From an uncultured Bacilli bacterium (lineage in GTDB: Bacteria; Bacillota; Bacilli; Bacillales; Amphibacillaceae), in NCBI GenBank assembly GCA_963766835.1, contig CAVYBX010000004.1:3633-67632 (forward strand): 64,000 nt of DNA, in the 5' to 3' direction. The translations under genes were made by a program, and so were the position numbers. Shown here in pieces: positions 47,812 to 59,672 of this stretch. Below the pieces are notes generated by a model. That model did not search any database. It was not told the DNA's origin and saw nothing but the letters and a program-made list of their open reading frames with translations. The stretch's first letter is position 1, and each line of letters opens with the position of its first letter.

Positions 47812-48951
47812 TTATTTTGTAATAGAGCGACCGATTACTAACCGTTGAATTTCGTTCGTCCCTTCATAAATTTGTGTAATTTTTGCATCGCGCATAAATC
47901 TTTCAACTGGATAATCTTTCGTATATCCGTAGCCTCCGAAAATCTGCACCGCTTCTACTGTATGGCGCATCGCTACATCTCCGGCAAATAGCTTTGCCAT
48001 CGCGGAAGCTTCGCCATAGTCAAAACCGTTACTTTCCAGCCATGCAGCACGATAAGTAAGTAGTCTTGCTGCCTCTATTTCCGTCGCCATGTCGGCCAAC
48101 TTAAATGATACTCCTTGGTTGTGAGCGATCGGTCTACCGAATTGTTCTCTTTCTTTCGCATAATTTCTCGCCGCTTCAAATGCGCCTTGGGCAATTCCGA
48201 CCGCTTGGGCAGCGATCCCACTTCTTCCGCCGTCTAACGTCGTCATCGCAATTTTAAATCCTTCACCTTCTTCACCGAGTAAATTTTCTTTCGGAATACG
48301 GCAATTTTCAAAAATAAGTTCTGTAGTTGGGGAAGAACGAATTCCTAATTTTTTCTCTTTTTTACCAAATGTGAATCCTTCTGTTCCTTTTTCCACGATA
48401 AATGCTGATATTCCTTTATGTTTTAAATTAGGATCCGTCTTTGCAAAAACGACGTAAATTTCTGCTTCTCCGCCGTTTGTAATCCACACTTTATTACCGT
48501 TTAAAATATAGTCGTCACCATCTTTTTTAGCGGTCATCTTCATCGAAACGACGTCACTTCCAGCGCCAGGTTCAGACAAAGCATAGGCACCTAAAGCAGA
48601 ACCTTCTGCTAAACGTTTCAAATAGTTCATTTTTTGTTCTTCCGTGCCGTATTGATAAATTGGCCAACTTGCTAACGAAATATGTGCTGACAAAGTGACA
48701 CCAGTTGAAGCACAAACGCGCGACAACTCTTCGACTGCAATGACGTAACTGACGTAATCAGCACCGATTCCTCCGTATTTTTCTGGCCAAGGAATGCCCG
48801 TCAAACCGAGTTCAGCCATTTTGTCGAATATTTCTCGGTCGAAACGTTCTTCTTCATCTCTTTCGGCTGCAGTCGGCGCTACTTCATTTTCAGCAAAATC
48901 TCGGACCATTTTTTGGAGCATGATCTGTTCATCTGTTAATTGAAAATCCAT
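47812..48951 (-). CDS. acdA: acyl-CoA dehydrogenase
   Basis: [37 protein letters not shown]. Confidence 0.9.
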   Translation of the reverse strand: MDFQLTDEQIMLQKMVRDFAENEVAPTAAERDEEERFDREIFDKMAELGLTGIPWPEKYGGIGADYVSYVIAVEELSRVCASTGVTLSAHISLASWPIYQYGTEEQKMNYLKRLAEGSALGAYALSEPGAGSDVVSMKMTAKKDGDDYILNGNKVWITNGGEAEIYVVFAKTDPNLKHKGISAFIVEKGTEGFTFGKKEKKLGIRSSPTTELIFENCRIPKENLLGEEGEGFKIAMTTLDGGRSGIAAQAVGIAQGAFEAARNYAKEREQFGRPIAHNQGVSFKLADMATEIEAARLLTYRAAWLESNGFDYGEASAMAKLFAGDVAMRHTVEAVQIFGGYGYTKDYPVERFMRDAKITQIYEGTNEIQRLVIGRSITK

Positions 48952-48969
48952 TTCTTCATCCCCCTTACG

Positions 48970-50110
48970 TTATTGAAATAATCGTTTTGCGATGACCATT
49001 TTTTGAATTTCATTCGTTCCTTCGTAAATTTCGGTCACTTTCGCATCTCGAAAGTATCTTTCCACTGGATAATCTTCTGTATATCCGTATCCACCGAAAG
49101 TTTGTACTGCTTCAATGGCGACCTTTCTCGCTGTTTGGGCTGCATAAAGCTTTGCCATCGACACTTCTTTAATACAAGGTTTATTTTGCTGTAATAATTG
49201 TGCTGCATGATATACTAACCGTTTCGCCGCCTCTGTTTCTGTCGCCAGCTCCGCTAATTTAAAAGCGATCGCTTGTTGTTCGGAAATAGGTTTACCGAAC
49301 TGTTTACGTTCTTTTGCATATCGAATCGCATAGTTTAATGCACCTTCAGCAATGCCTAACGCTTGCGCGGCAATTCCGATTCGACCGATATTTAAATTTG
49401 CCATCGCAATTTTGAATCCTTCTCCTTCTTTTCCTAACAATTGACTTTTCGGAACGAGCGCTCGGTCAAAATTTAATGATACAGTACTTGACCCGCGCAA
49501 ACCCATTTTATTCTCGTTTTTCCCAATAACAAGACCTTCTGTATCTTTTTCCAATATAAACGCACTAATACCTTTTCCACCTTCTTCATCACTCGTTCGT
49601 ACAAACGTAATAAATGTATCAGCCTCTTTTCCATTCGTAATAAAAATTTTCGAACCGGTAAAAATATAATGATCGTCCTCGTTTCACAGCTTTACTTTTT
49701 AAACTTTTCGCATCGGACCCAGCGTTAGGCTCTGTTAAAGCGAACGCACCTAAATACTCACCAGATGCCAATTTCGGTAAGTAATATTCCTTTTGTCGTT
49801 CATTTCCGAAATATAAGATCGGATTCGTTCCTACTGAAGTATGGACAGATAGAATGACGCCTACCGTTGGACTTACTTTCGATATTTCGTGAATGGCAAT
49901 GATGTAGGAAGTAAAGTCCATCCCGCTTCCGCCATATTTCTCTGGAATTGGGATACCCATTAATCCTAACTCGCCCATTTTTTTGATTACTTTATGAGGA
50001 AACTGTTGATGTCGTTCCATATTTTCTACTTCTTTTGCAACTTCTTCTTTCGCAAAATCACGAACCATTTCTCGCATCATTTTTTGCTCTTCTGTCAAAT
50101 GGATATCCAT
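48970..50110 (-). CDS. second acyl-CoA dehydrogenase, frameshifted near 49680
   Basis: [29 protein letters not shown]. Confidence 0.9.
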
Positions 50111-50168
50111 CGCTTTCACCCGCTTCCCAGAAAACATTGATGATTCACACTTGTAAGCGCTACAATTT

Positions 50169-51029
50169 TTACGTATACGTGTAAAATCCTTTTCCTGATT
50201 TTCTACCGTACCAACCAGCTTGCACATACTGTCGTAAAAGTGGACACGGCCGATATTTGCTATCGCCGAAACCTTCGTAAAGTACTTCCATAATGTATAA
50301 ACAAGTATCTAATCCGATAAAATCAGCTAACTCTAACGGTCCCATCGGGTGATTCATCCCTAGTTTCATCACCGTATCGACGTCTTCTTTAGATGCGACG
50401 CCTTCATAAACTGTATATATCGCCTCGTTAATCATCGGCATTAAAACACGATTCGCGACAAATCCAGGGAAATCTTGAACGGTAACCGTCGTTTTATACA
50501 ACTGTTTTACTACATGGACGATTGTTTCATACGTATCGTCATCTGTTTGTAACCCTCGAATGACTTCTACTAATTTCATAACTGGGACTGGATTCATAAA
50601 ATGCATGCCGATCACTTTTTCCGGTCGGTCAGTCACTGCGGCAATTTCTGTAATCGGTAAAGAAGATGTATTCGTCGCAAGGATCGTATGTGGAGGCGTA
50701 ATTTTATCTAACTGTTGAAAAATATCTTTTTTCACATCGATATTTTCGATAACCGCTTCGATGACTAAATCGGCTTGGTCGGCATCGTGAATATCTGTCG
50801 TCGGAGTTATCCGATCTAAAGTTTCTTCTTTCTCCCCTTCACTGATTCGCTTCTTTTCTACGGAACGATTTAAATTCCTTTCAATCGATTTCATCGCTTT
50901 ATCTAATGCTTCTTCACTCAAATCTTCTATAACGACATCGAAACCTGCTTGTGCACAAACTTGAGCGATACCGGACCCCATTTGTCCAGCACCGATGACA
51001 ACGATCGTTTGAATACTCAATCGCGACAT
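50169..51029 (-). CDS. hbd: 3-hydroxybutyryl-CoA dehydrogenase
   Basis: GAGQMGSGIA, TNTSSL, GMHFMNP, HPMGPLELADFIGLD. Confidence 0.92.
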   Translation of the reverse strand: MSRLSIQTIVVIGAGQMGSGIAQVCAQAGFDVVIEDLSEEALDKAMKSIERNLNRSVEKKRISEGEKEETLDRITPTTDIHDADQADLVIEAVIENIDVKKDIFQQLDKITPPHTILATNTSSLPITEIAAVTDRPEKVIGMHFMNPVPVMKLVEVIRGLQTDDDTYETIVHVVKQLYKTTVTVQDFPGFVANRVLMPMINEAIYTVYEGVASKEDVDTVMKLGMNHPMGPLELADFIGLDTCLYIMEVLYEGFGDSKYRPCPLLRQYVQAGWYGRKSGKGFYTYT

Positions 51030-51044
51030 CCCCTTTCAACTTGT

Positions 51045-52220
51045 TCATACTTCTAATAAAATCGCATCACCTTGCCCACCGCCACTACATATTGCAGCGA
51101 TACCTAAACCACCGCCTCGACGTTTTAACTCATAGATCAACGTTAACACGATTCTCGCTCCACTTGCACCGATCGGGTGGCCTAAAGCTATTGCACCGCC
51201 GTTGACGTTCACTTTTTCCGCTTCTAACCCGGCTACTTTTATACTTGCTAACGCTACAGCTGCAAACGCTTCGTTAATTTCAAACAATGCGATATCTTCT
51301 TTTGATTTATTCGTCTTTTCGAGTAGTTTTTGAATGACGAGTCCAGGCGTACGTGGAAAGTCTTTCGGTTCCACTGCCACTTCTGCATGACTAATAATCG
51401 TCGCTAATGGCTCGATATTTAGTCGTTTCGCTTTCTCTTCAGACATGACGACGAATGCACATGCTCCATCGTTCACCCCTGGTGCGTTTCCTGCTGTAAT
51501 CGTCCCGTTTGCCCCGAAAACAGGCTGTAACGATGCTAATTTTTCAAGTGACGTATCTTTACGAGGAGCTTCATCGCGTTCGACGATGAGCGAATCCTTT
51601 CGTTGCGAGACTTTGATAGGTGTCAATTCAGCTTTAAACTTTCCTTTTTCAATTGCATCAATCGCCCGCATATGGCTCCGATACGCCCATTCATCTTGTT
51701 CTTTTCGAGAAATTTGCAACTCTTTTGCGGTTTCATTTCCGTACATTCCCATATGGACGCCTGTAAAAGAACAAGTTAAGCCGTCGTGAACCATCATATC
51801 GACAACTCGCTGATCACCCATACGGTACCCCCAACGGGCATCAGGAAGAAAATAAGGAGCATTACTCATGCTTTCCATTCCGCCGGCAACGATTACTTCT
51901 TCATCTCCTAAACGGATTAGTTGATTTGCCAACGTTAAACTGCGTAGTCCGGATGCACAAACTTTATTGATCGTCTCCGTCTTCACATGCCATGGAATTC
52001 CGGCTTCTTTCGCTGCTTGTCGTGATGGAATTTGCCCTTGTCCTCCTTGAAGTACATTTCCCATGATCACTTGATCGATATGTTCTACGTCAATGTTCGC
52101 TCGTTCAATCGCTGCTTGAATAGCTTTTCCACCTAGTTGTGAAGCAGTGAACGATTTTAAGCTTCCTCCGAATTTACCGAAAGGTGTGCGTGCTCCAGCA
52201 ACAATCACTGCCTTTTTCAC
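51045..52220 (-). CDS. acetyl-CoA C-acetyltransferase (thiolase)
   Basis: NKVCASG, EINEAFA, GHPIGASG, ICSGGGQG. Confidence 0.93.
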   Translation of the reverse strand: MKKAVIVAGARTPFGKFGGSLKSFTASQLGGKAIQAAIERANIDVEHIDQVIMGNVLQGGQGQIPSRQAAKEAGIPWHVKTETINKVCASGLRSLTLANQLIRLGDEEVIVAGGMESMSNAPYFLPDARWGYRMGDQRVVDMMVHDGLTCSFTGVHMGMYGNETAKELQISRKEQDEWAYRSHMRAIDAIEKGKFKAELTPIKVSQRKDSLIVERDEAPRKDTSLEKLASLQPVFGANGTITAGNAPGVNDGACAFVVMSEEKAKRLNIEPLATIISHAEVAVEPKDFPRTPGLVIQKLLEKTNKSKEDIALFEINEAFAAVALASIKVAGLEAEKVNVNGGAIALGHPIGASGARIVLTLIYELKRRGGGLGIAAICSGGGQGDAILLEV

Positions 52221-52330
52221 GTTTTAATCACCTCCTATCATGTATAAATGACAAATATCGTTATTTAAATTATAATAATAACGCTTTCTTTTGTCGAGCG
52301 AACGCTCAATCGGTGTTTTATAAAAAATAA

Positions 52331-52353
52331 GCTATCACAATATGAGTGATAGC
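52331..52353 (-). terminator. terminator-like hairpin after fadF
   Basis: GCTATCAC...GTGATAGC with a U-rich tract on the minus strand. Confidence 0.55.
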
Positions 52354-52366
52354 CTTTCTCTCAGTT

Positions 52367-54475
52367 TTATGCTGATTTTGATTTTTCATCTCCAAATACA
52401 GATAACGCTAAAATCTCGGCCACATCCATCGTACTAATATCTTGTTCGACGTCTTTCGCTTTCGTTCCGTCGCTTAACATCGTCAAACAGTACGGGCAAG
52501 CGCTTGAGATCGTGTTTGGACTCACTGCTAAAGCTTGTTCTGTTCGTGCGACATTAATCCGATTACCTGTCGTTTCTTCCGTCCACATGAGCCCTCCACC
52601 TGCACCGCAACACATTCCATGATCATATGAACGTTCCATTTCAACTAGTTCGATGCCTGGGATCGCTTTTAAAATTTCCCGTGGCGGATCATAAACGCCA
52701 TTATATCTGCCTAAATAACATGAGTCGTGATACGTCAAACGTTGATTGATAGGATATTCAGGCTTCAACTTCCCTTCCTTTACTAAATCGTAAAGCAGTT
52801 CGGTATGGTGAAGCACTTCCGCCTCAAAACCTAAATCAGGATATTCGTTTTTAAAAATGTTATATGCGTGCGGGTCGATCGTCACGATCTTTTTCACACC
52901 GTTTTTCTCGAATTCTTTGATATTCTTCTCAGCGATTTCTTGGAATAAAAATTCATTTCCGATGCGGCGTGCTGTATCGCCGGAGTTCGCTTCCCGATTT
53001 CCTAAAATCGCAAAACTGACGCCCGCTTTATTCATTAACTTCGCAAACGCAATCGCAATTTTTTGACTACGGCTGTCGTAAGCACCCATCGAACTGACCC
53101 AAAACAAATATTCGAACTCTTTCTTTTCTTTTTTCAGTTCTCTTACTGTTGGGATATAGACGTCTTCATCTAATTCACGCCATTTAGTACGATCCTTTTT
53201 CGACAGTCCCCAAGGATTCCCTTGACGTTCGATATTCATGACCGCTCGTTGTGCTTCCGGATCCATTTTTCCTTCCGTCATGACAAGATACCTGCGCATA
53301 TCGATAATATGTCCGACATGTTCATTCATGACAGGACATGCTTCTTCACAATTGCGGCACGTCGTACATCCCCACAATTCTTCTTCTGTTATGACATCGC
53401 CGATCATTTTCACTTCGTCAAAATGGGAGACAGCTTCATCGCGGTCCATCTTCGCAAATTGATTCGGCCCTTTATCGCTAAACGCATAAGCTGGCACCCA
53501 CGGAGATTTACCAGTAATCGCGGCACCTTTTTCGTTTAAATGGTCACGCAATTTGATCATAATATCCATCGGCGAAAGCATTTTCCCTGTCGTCGATGCT
53601 GGACAGACGCTCGTACAACGACCACATTCGACACAAGCATAAAAATCGAGCATTTGTCGTCGGTCGAAATCTTCTACTTTCCCAACGCCGAACGACATCT
53701 CTTCTTCATCTGTATCCTCATCGAAATCGAAATTGAGTGTTTTTAATTTTCCTGGCACTCGTTTACTAATGAATACGTTGATCGGAGCAGCGATTAAATG
53801 GGCGTGTTTCGACTGTGGAATATAAACTAAAAATACTAAAATCGTAATCGTATGAATCCACCATGCGATGTAAAATAGTACCATCGCCGCCGTCGGTGAC
53901 AACCAACCGAAAACTGTCGCAATCACACTTGCAACTGGCTCCGTCCAAGTAGCCGGCTCCCCTTGCCAAATTTGTAACATTCCGTTACCGAATAATACAG
54001 ATAACATTAACGTACCGATAAAAAGTAACACGAGCCCTGCATAAAATCCTCTTTTCAAACGGACGATCTTTTCAATATAACGCCGGTAAAACGCCCAAGC
54101 GACGGCAAACAGAACGGCTAACGTCACCAGCTCTTGGAAAAATGTAAAACCTGGATAAAATGATCCGAACGGCAAATGTTTTCCTGGCGCTAAACCTTTC
54201 ACAAACATATCGATCGCACCGAATTGGACGAGGATAAATCCGTAAAACATAAGAACGTGAATAATTCCTGACTTCGTATCTTTCAGCAACTTCGATTGCC
54301 CGAACACGATGACTAAAATATCGCGGATGCGCTCTTTTAACGCTAAATCGAATTCTGATTTTTTACCGAGTTTAATGAAAGCATATCGAGTAGCGACCGC
54401 TTTTAAAAACAAATAAATTCCGTATACAGTGACAGCGATAAATAGAATCCAATTAATGATTAAAAAAGTATTCAT
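52367..54475 (-). CDS. fadF: membrane Fe-S oxidoreductase (FadF/YwjF, HdrD-like)
   Basis: TM N-terminus, CVECGRCTSVCP and CTTCRNCEEACP ferredoxin motifs, HDSCYLGR, CCGAGGG. Confidence 0.9.
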   Translation of the reverse strand: MNTFLIINWILFIAVTVYGIYLFLKAVATRYAFIKLGKKSEFDLALKERIRDILVIVFGQSKLLKDTKSGIIHVLMFYGFILVQFGAIDMFVKGLAPGKHLPFGSFYPGFTFFQELVTLAVLFAVAWAFYRRYIEKIVRLKRGFYAGLVLLFIGTLMLSVLFGNGMLQIWQGEPATWTEPVASVIATVFGWLSPTAAMVLFYIAWWIHTITILVFLVYIPQSKHAHLIAAPINVFISKRVPGKLKTLNFDFDEDTDEEEMSFGVGKVEDFDRRQMLDFYACVECGRCTSVCPASTTGKMLSPMDIMIKLRDHLNEKGAAITGKSPWVPAYAFSDKGPNQFAKMDRDEAVSHFDEVKMIGDVITEEELWGCTTCRNCEEACPVMNEHVGHIIDMRRYLVMTEGKMDPEAQRAVMNIERQGNPWGLSKKDRTKWRELDEDVYIPTVRELKKEKKEFEYLFWVSSMGAYDSRSQKIAIAFAKLMNKAGVSFAILGNREANSGDTARRIGNEFLFQEIAEKNIKEFEKNGVKKIVTIDPHAYNIFKNEYPDLGFEAEVLHHTELLYDLVKEGKLKPEYPINQRLTYHDSCYLGRYNGVYDPPREILKAIPGIELVEMERSYDHGMCCGAGGGLMWTEETTGNRINVARTEQALAVSPNTISSACPYCLTMLSDGTKAKDVEQDISTMDVAEILALSVFGDEKSKSA

Positions 54476-54552
54476 CGCTTTCCTCCTTCATCGCAAATAA
54501 ACTGGGAACGTTTGCAAATTTTACTAAGTCTCGAACGATTCTTCTTTTATCT

Positions 54553-54582
54553 ATCTTAAGACATGAATGACCGTTCAGTCAA
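54553..54582 (-). promoter_or_regulatory. fadF promoter with FadR (YsiA)-type box
   Basis: TGAATGACCGTTCAGTCA (54564-54581) resembles TGAATGANTANTCATTCA and overlaps TTGACT-18-TAAGAT. Confidence 0.65.
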
Positions 54583-54660
54583 CCTCTGATTATTTTTCTT
54601 TTTCTATCATCAGAAAAAGCCGCTATTTCCACAAAAATTTGATAGCGGCCTTTTCCACAA

Positions 54661-56334
54661 TTACATTTTATTCGGGGCACTTACACCGATGATATTAAGT
54701 GCATTTGCAATTGTAATTTGGACAGCTTTCATCAATGCTAATCGCGCTTTCGTAAGTGGTACGTCATCTTCGTTGATCACTTTTTCCGCATTGTAAAAAC
54801 TGTGCAATAAAGATGCTAAATCAAATACGTATTGCGTAATGCGATTCGGTGCTTCTTTTTCTGCTGCATCGACGACAACTTGTGGAAAAGTGGCAATATG
54901 TTTCAATAAATCTAATTCTTTTTCATTCGTCAACACTTTTGCATCATAATCCGCATCTAAATGAAACCCTTTTTCAGCAGCTTGTTCTAACATCGTGCAA
55001 ATTCGTGCATGTGCATACTGAACGTAATATACTGGGTTTTCATTTGACTGTTTTTTCGCTAGATCAATGTCGAAATCTAACGGGGAATCGTTAGAGCGCA
55101 TCGTAAAAATATAACGTACTGCGTCTGCTCCGACATCTTCCACTAATTCTCTTAAGGCGACAGCTTTTCCTGTCCGTTTACTCATGCGAACTTTTTCGCC
55201 ATTTTCATATAAATTTACTAGCTGAATAATACTGACGCTAAATTTCTCAGCAGGATAACCGAGCGCTTGGATCGCTGCTCGCATTCGTGGCTACATATCC
55301 GTGGTGGTCCGCTCCCCAAACGTTAATAATCTTGTCGAAGCCTCGTTCTAATTTATCTTTATGATAAGCGATATCTGGTGTTAAATAAGTATAACTTCCG
55401 TCTTGTTTAATTAATACACGATCTTTATCATCACCGAACGCAGTCGATTTAAACCACGTCGCACCATCTTTTTCGTACGTGTATCCTTTTTCTTTCAATT
55501 CTTGTAAAGTTTTTTCGATTTTTCCATCTTCGTATAACGACATTTCCGAAAACCAGTTGTCAAAGAAGACACCGAAAGCTCATCTAAATCTGCTTTTATT
55601 TTTCCGAGCTCATATTTCAGTCCATAATGACGGAAGAAAGCGAGTCGTTCCTTACGATCTTTTTGTAACCATACGTCTCCATGCTCTTCCGCTAACTCTT
55701 TCCCGATTTCAATAATATCTTGTCCGTAATAACCATCTTCCGGCATTTCTGCTTCTTTCCCGAGCGCTTCCATGTAGCGCGTTTCAATCGACTCAGCCAA
55801 CTTGTCGATTTGATTTCCAGCATCGTTAATATAATATTCCCGTTCAACTTCATAGCCTGCTGCAGCTAACACGTTGCATAAAGCATCACCGAACGCCGCT
55901 CCCCGTGCATGACCTAAATGAAGATCTCCTGTCGGGTTTACCGAAACGAATTCAACTTGGATCCGTTTATTTTTACCGAAATTGGATTTCCCATATTCGC
56001 CTTTTTGTTCCAACACTGTATCGATTACTTCATATAGAAAATCTTGTTTCATAAAAAAGTTAATAAAACCGGGACCGGCAATTTCAATTTTTTCAATATT
56101 CGCTTTATCTTCATCGATTTGTTCGACGATTTGTTCAGCTATTTTCCGCGGTGCCATTTTCGCAACACGGGCAAGTTGCATCGCAATATTCGCTGCAAAA
56201 TCTCCGTGCGACTTTTCTTTCGGTTTTTCTAACATAATTTGAGGGATTTTGGCTTCTGATGCTAATCCAGATTGAATAATCGCTCTTTTTATCTCATTTT
56301 TCAACGTTTCTTCTACTTCTATTAAAACGTTCAT
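54661..56334 (-). CDS. argS: arginyl-tRNA synthetase, two frameshifts
   Basis: [38 protein letters not shown]. Confidence 0.96.
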
Positions 56335-56771
56335 TTTCGTTTCTCCTCCGTATATATCAACGTTAAATGATGTTTACGAATTTGTTCGCCGTTTAACTTC
56401 GCGTCATATTCGATCAACACACTACCTTCACCGTCTTCACTAAACGGCTTATGTTTCATCGATTTCGTAAAAATTTCCATATGAAACGATCCATATGGAT
56501 GACGGTAAAGACTTTCCGTTTTTCTCCCTAGGATAAACTGTTGATTCATCGCGATACTTCCCGAACGTTTAATATTTATTTTATCCGCTCGGACCGTAAT
56601 GAAATGTTCGATTCTACCTACATCAGTCATTTCATCGACGAAAGTAATGAGTTCAATGTTACCTTTTTTACGAAAATATCCTTTTTGTTTAATGATCGAT
56701 AATTCTTTTTCACCTTGATCGTCGATAACCGTACGCAATTCGATCAATACTCTCTTTTTAATCAGTTCCAT
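56331..56771 (-). CDS. ywiB: DUF1934 family protein
   Basis: [19 protein letters not shown]; overlaps the argS start as in Bacillus. Confidence 0.82.
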   Translation of the reverse strand: MELIKKRVLIELRTVIDDQGEKELSIIKQKGYFRKKGNIELITFVDEMTDVGRIEHFITVRADKINIKRSGSIAMNQQFILGRKTESLYRHPYGSFHMEIFTKSMKHKPFSEDGEGSVLIEYDAKLNGEQIRKHHLTLIYTEEKRK

Positions 56772-56935
56772 TATTACTCCTTCAAGGTAAGTTTGTAACC
56801 TTATTATAACGTTAAAAACGACGTTTTGCCATTTCCAACTAAATTAGAAAATTGTCAATTCCCTTGGATTGTTAGTTTATTTTCGACAAAACTTTACCAT
56901 AATGAAACATAGTGAATATAAATGAGGGGAACGTC

Positions 56936-58945
56936 ATGAAAATCGTCATATTTTTCTTGAAAATATTTAGTCGTATTTTGTTGATCGGCCTTTTAAGTAT
57001 CGGAATCGTTTTATCAATTTGTTACTTACTAGGCCCGCCAGAGATAGATCACCATTCTGTTTCCGTCATTTATGATGAAAATGGCGAACCGCTTGAAACT
57101 GTATCGAGCATGAATGAAATTGTACCGTTAGAAAATATTTCGCCACATTTAATCCGTGCAACGATTGTAGCGGAAGATCGTAACTTTTATGATCATCACG
57201 GTTTCGATTATAAAGGTATCGTCCGAGCGATTTATAAAAATATTCAATCGTTGCGGTTAAAAGAAGGGGCAAGTACAATTACACAACAATATGCACGGAA
57301 CTTATATTTAACACATGAAAAAACGTGGACGAGAAAAATAAAAGAAGCGTTTTATACGATCCGTTTAGAAATGTTCTATTCAAAAGAAGAAATTTTAACA
57401 GGTTACTTAAACACGATTTATTATGGTCGTGGTGCTTACGGGGTGAAAGAAGCTAGCTTACTTTATTTTAATAAAGATGCCACAGATCTCACTATCGCCG
57501 AAGCCGCGATGCTCGCTGCAATACCGAAAGGCCCAACATATTATTCACCGTTTAACGATTTAGAAAATGCATATTCTCGACAGAAATCGATTTTACAAAT
57601 GATGTTACATGAAAATATCATTAACCGCGCTGAATACGAACTAGCGATTCGTGAAGAGTTGCAATTTGCTGAGCGACAAACTTTACATCATTCGTTCGCT
57701 CCTTATTTCAAACGGGTCGTATTACAAGAAGCAGCCAACATTTTACAGATCGATGAAGAAGAAGTTTTATCGCACGGCTATAAAATATATACGACTTTAA
57801 ATAGTGATTTACAAACCGAAATCGAACATCAAATAGAAACGAATGTTGAAGAGAAGAGCGAAATAGAAATAGGTGTCATAACTTTAGAGCCCCATACTGG
57901 TGCGATTAAAGGGTTAGTAGGTGGAAAAGATTTTGACACTAGTTCTTTTAATCGAGCGACTCAGGCGAAAAGGATGGTCGGCTCAACGTTTAAACCAATA
58001 CTTTATTATACTGCTTTAGAGAACGGCTATACGCCGACGACGATGTTGCTTAGTGAACCGACATCTTTCGTCATTAGTGAAGATGAAGTATATGAACCGA
58101 GTAATTACAACGGCTACTACGCGTATAAACCGATCTCTTTAGCACAAGCAGTCGCACTTTCTGACAATATTTACGCGGTAAAAACGAACCTTTTTTTAAG
58201 CTCGGAAACAGTTGTCGACACGGCGAGGAAATTCGGCATAACGAGCGACTTGCCGACCGTTCCTTCTTTAGCGCTCGGAAGTGCCTCATTATCATTGTTA
58301 GAAATGGTACGAGCATATGGGGTGATCGCAAATGGCGGTAAAGAAATAAAGCCATATACTATTGAAAAAATTGTCGACAACCTCGGTAGAACTGTTTATA
58401 AAAAGAATGAGCAACTCAAAGAGCAAGTGTTAGATGAAGACAAAGCGTTTATTCTAACACATTTAATGACTGGGATGTTCGACCGCCGTTTAAATGGATA
58501 CATGGAAGTGACAGGCTCATCGATTATCGACAAACTTAACCACGAATATGCAGGAAAATCAGGAACGACAGATTCCGACAGTTGGATGATCGGGTTTAGT
58601 CGCGATCTCGTCACCGGAGTTTGGACAGGTTATGACGATAATCGACCGATTACCCGGATAAGCGAAAAAGCAATTGCGAAAAATGTATGGGCGGACGTGA
58701 TGGAAGCAGCACATCAATCAGAAGAAAAAGTCACTTTTCCGATTCCAGATGGGGTAGTAGAAGCAGTGATCGATGTAGAAACAGGTATGCTTGCGACAGA
58801 AGATTGCGAAATAACACGAACGACGTATTTTGAAAAAGGGACGGAACCGACACATCATTGTACGACACATTTACCAAATCACGAAGAAGACGCTGAACAA
58901 AGTAATGAACATTTTTTAAAACAGTTGTTACAGTTATTTCGCTAA
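56936..58945 (+). CDS. pbpG: class A penicillin-binding protein (PbpG/YwhE-like)
   Basis: EDRNF, GASTITQQ transglycosylase motifs; STFK, SDN, KSG transpeptidase motifs; forespore-type GTTTA-18-CATAAT promoter upstream. Confidence 0.88.
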   Translation: MKIVIFFLKIFSRILLIGLLSIGIVLSICYLLGPPEIDHHSVSVIYDENGEPLETVSSMNEIVPLENISPHLIRATIVAEDRNFYDHHGFDYKGIVRAIYKNIQSLRLKEGASTITQQYARNLYLTHEKTWTRKIKEAFYTIRLEMFYSKEEILTGYLNTIYYGRGAYGVKEASLLYFNKDATDLTIAEAAMLAAIPKGPTYYSPFNDLENAYSRQKSILQMMLHENIINRAEYELAIREELQFAERQTLHHSFAPYFKRVVLQEAANILQIDEEEVLSHGYKIYTTLNSDLQTEIEHQIETNVEEKSEIEIGVITLEPHTGAIKGLVGGKDFDTSSFNRATQAKRMVGSTFKPILYYTALENGYTPTTMLLSEPTSFVISEDEVYEPSNYNGYYAYKPISLAQAVALSDNIYAVKTNLFLSSETVVDTARKFGITSDLPTVPSLALGSASLSLLEMVRAYGVIANGGKEIKPYTIEKIVDNLGRTVYKKNEQLKEQVLDEDKAFILTHLMTGMFDRRLNGYMEVTGSSIIDKLNHEYAGKSGTTDSDSWMIGFSRDLVTGVWTGYDDNRPITRISEKAIAKNVWADVMEAAHQSEEKVTFPIPDGVVEAVIDVETGMLATEDCEITRTTYFEKGTEPTHHCTTHLPNHEEDAEQSNEHFLKQLLQLFR

Positions 58946-58987
58946 TAAAGCATTTTTCTTAGAGCAAAATGACTAAAAATATATGAA

Positions 58988-59031
58988 AATAAAGAAGCCG
59001 ACCCTCAACATAACGGATCGGTTTCTTTATT
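58988..59031. terminator. bidirectional terminator
   Basis: AATAAAGAAGCCGA...TCGGTTTCTTTATT. Confidence 0.7.
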
Positions 59032-59134
59032 GTCCTAGTAATAATGTTTTGTAGCCCATGTATAATATATATTACAAAGACTTTTTGTAAAGTACAACAA
59101 TTAACTATTCATGAACAAAACTGTCACAAACTGT

Positions 59135-59641
59135 TCAATTTTGAAATGCCGCCTTCAATTCATCACTTGAGTTTTCCCACATTTCAGCATTGAAATCTTT
59201 TAAAAAGTCACCTAACAGTTTCTTCGACTTTTCGTCCATATGATTGACGACGACTTCACCTTTTAACGATTTTTCCATATGTGTCACGTGTTCGGCCATC
59301 GATTTATATGCTCGTTTATTCGGGCGGTCTACACGCAATTCACTCGCTGCGACTCCGTGGTAGTAAGGTCCTTTTTCACTCGTTTCTACTGTCACCCATA
59401 CGATCCAATATAACTTGCCGTTCGGCACTTCTTTAGGGTCGGAATAATATTTTACTCTCCGCTCGATATCGCTACGGGCATGCATCGCAGCCATATCGAC
59501 GTACGCTTTATTTTCATTCGGATCTACGATAACGGAAGACATATTTTCTAAAGAAATAGAGCCTATCCCAAAACCACCGTGTCCGTCCGTAGAATCGTCT
59601 TTTATAATCGTAAACTGTTTTTTCGGTTTCTTTTTTTCCAT
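59135..59641 (-). CDS. ywhD: YwhD family protein
   Basis: FTIIKDDSTDGHGGFG, MHARSDIE, YWIVWV. Confidence 0.88.
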   Translation of the reverse strand: MEKKKPKKQFTIIKDDSTDGHGGFGIGSISLENMSSVIVDPNENKAYVDMAAMHARSDIERRVKYYSDPKEVPNGKLYWIVWVTVETSEKGPYYHGVAASELRVDRPNKRAYKSMAEHVTHMEKSLKGEVVVNHMDEKSKKLLGDFLKDFNAEMWENSSDELKAAFQN

Positions 59642-59672
59642 CTGTCAAGGCTCCTCCTTTACGTTCTTTTCC

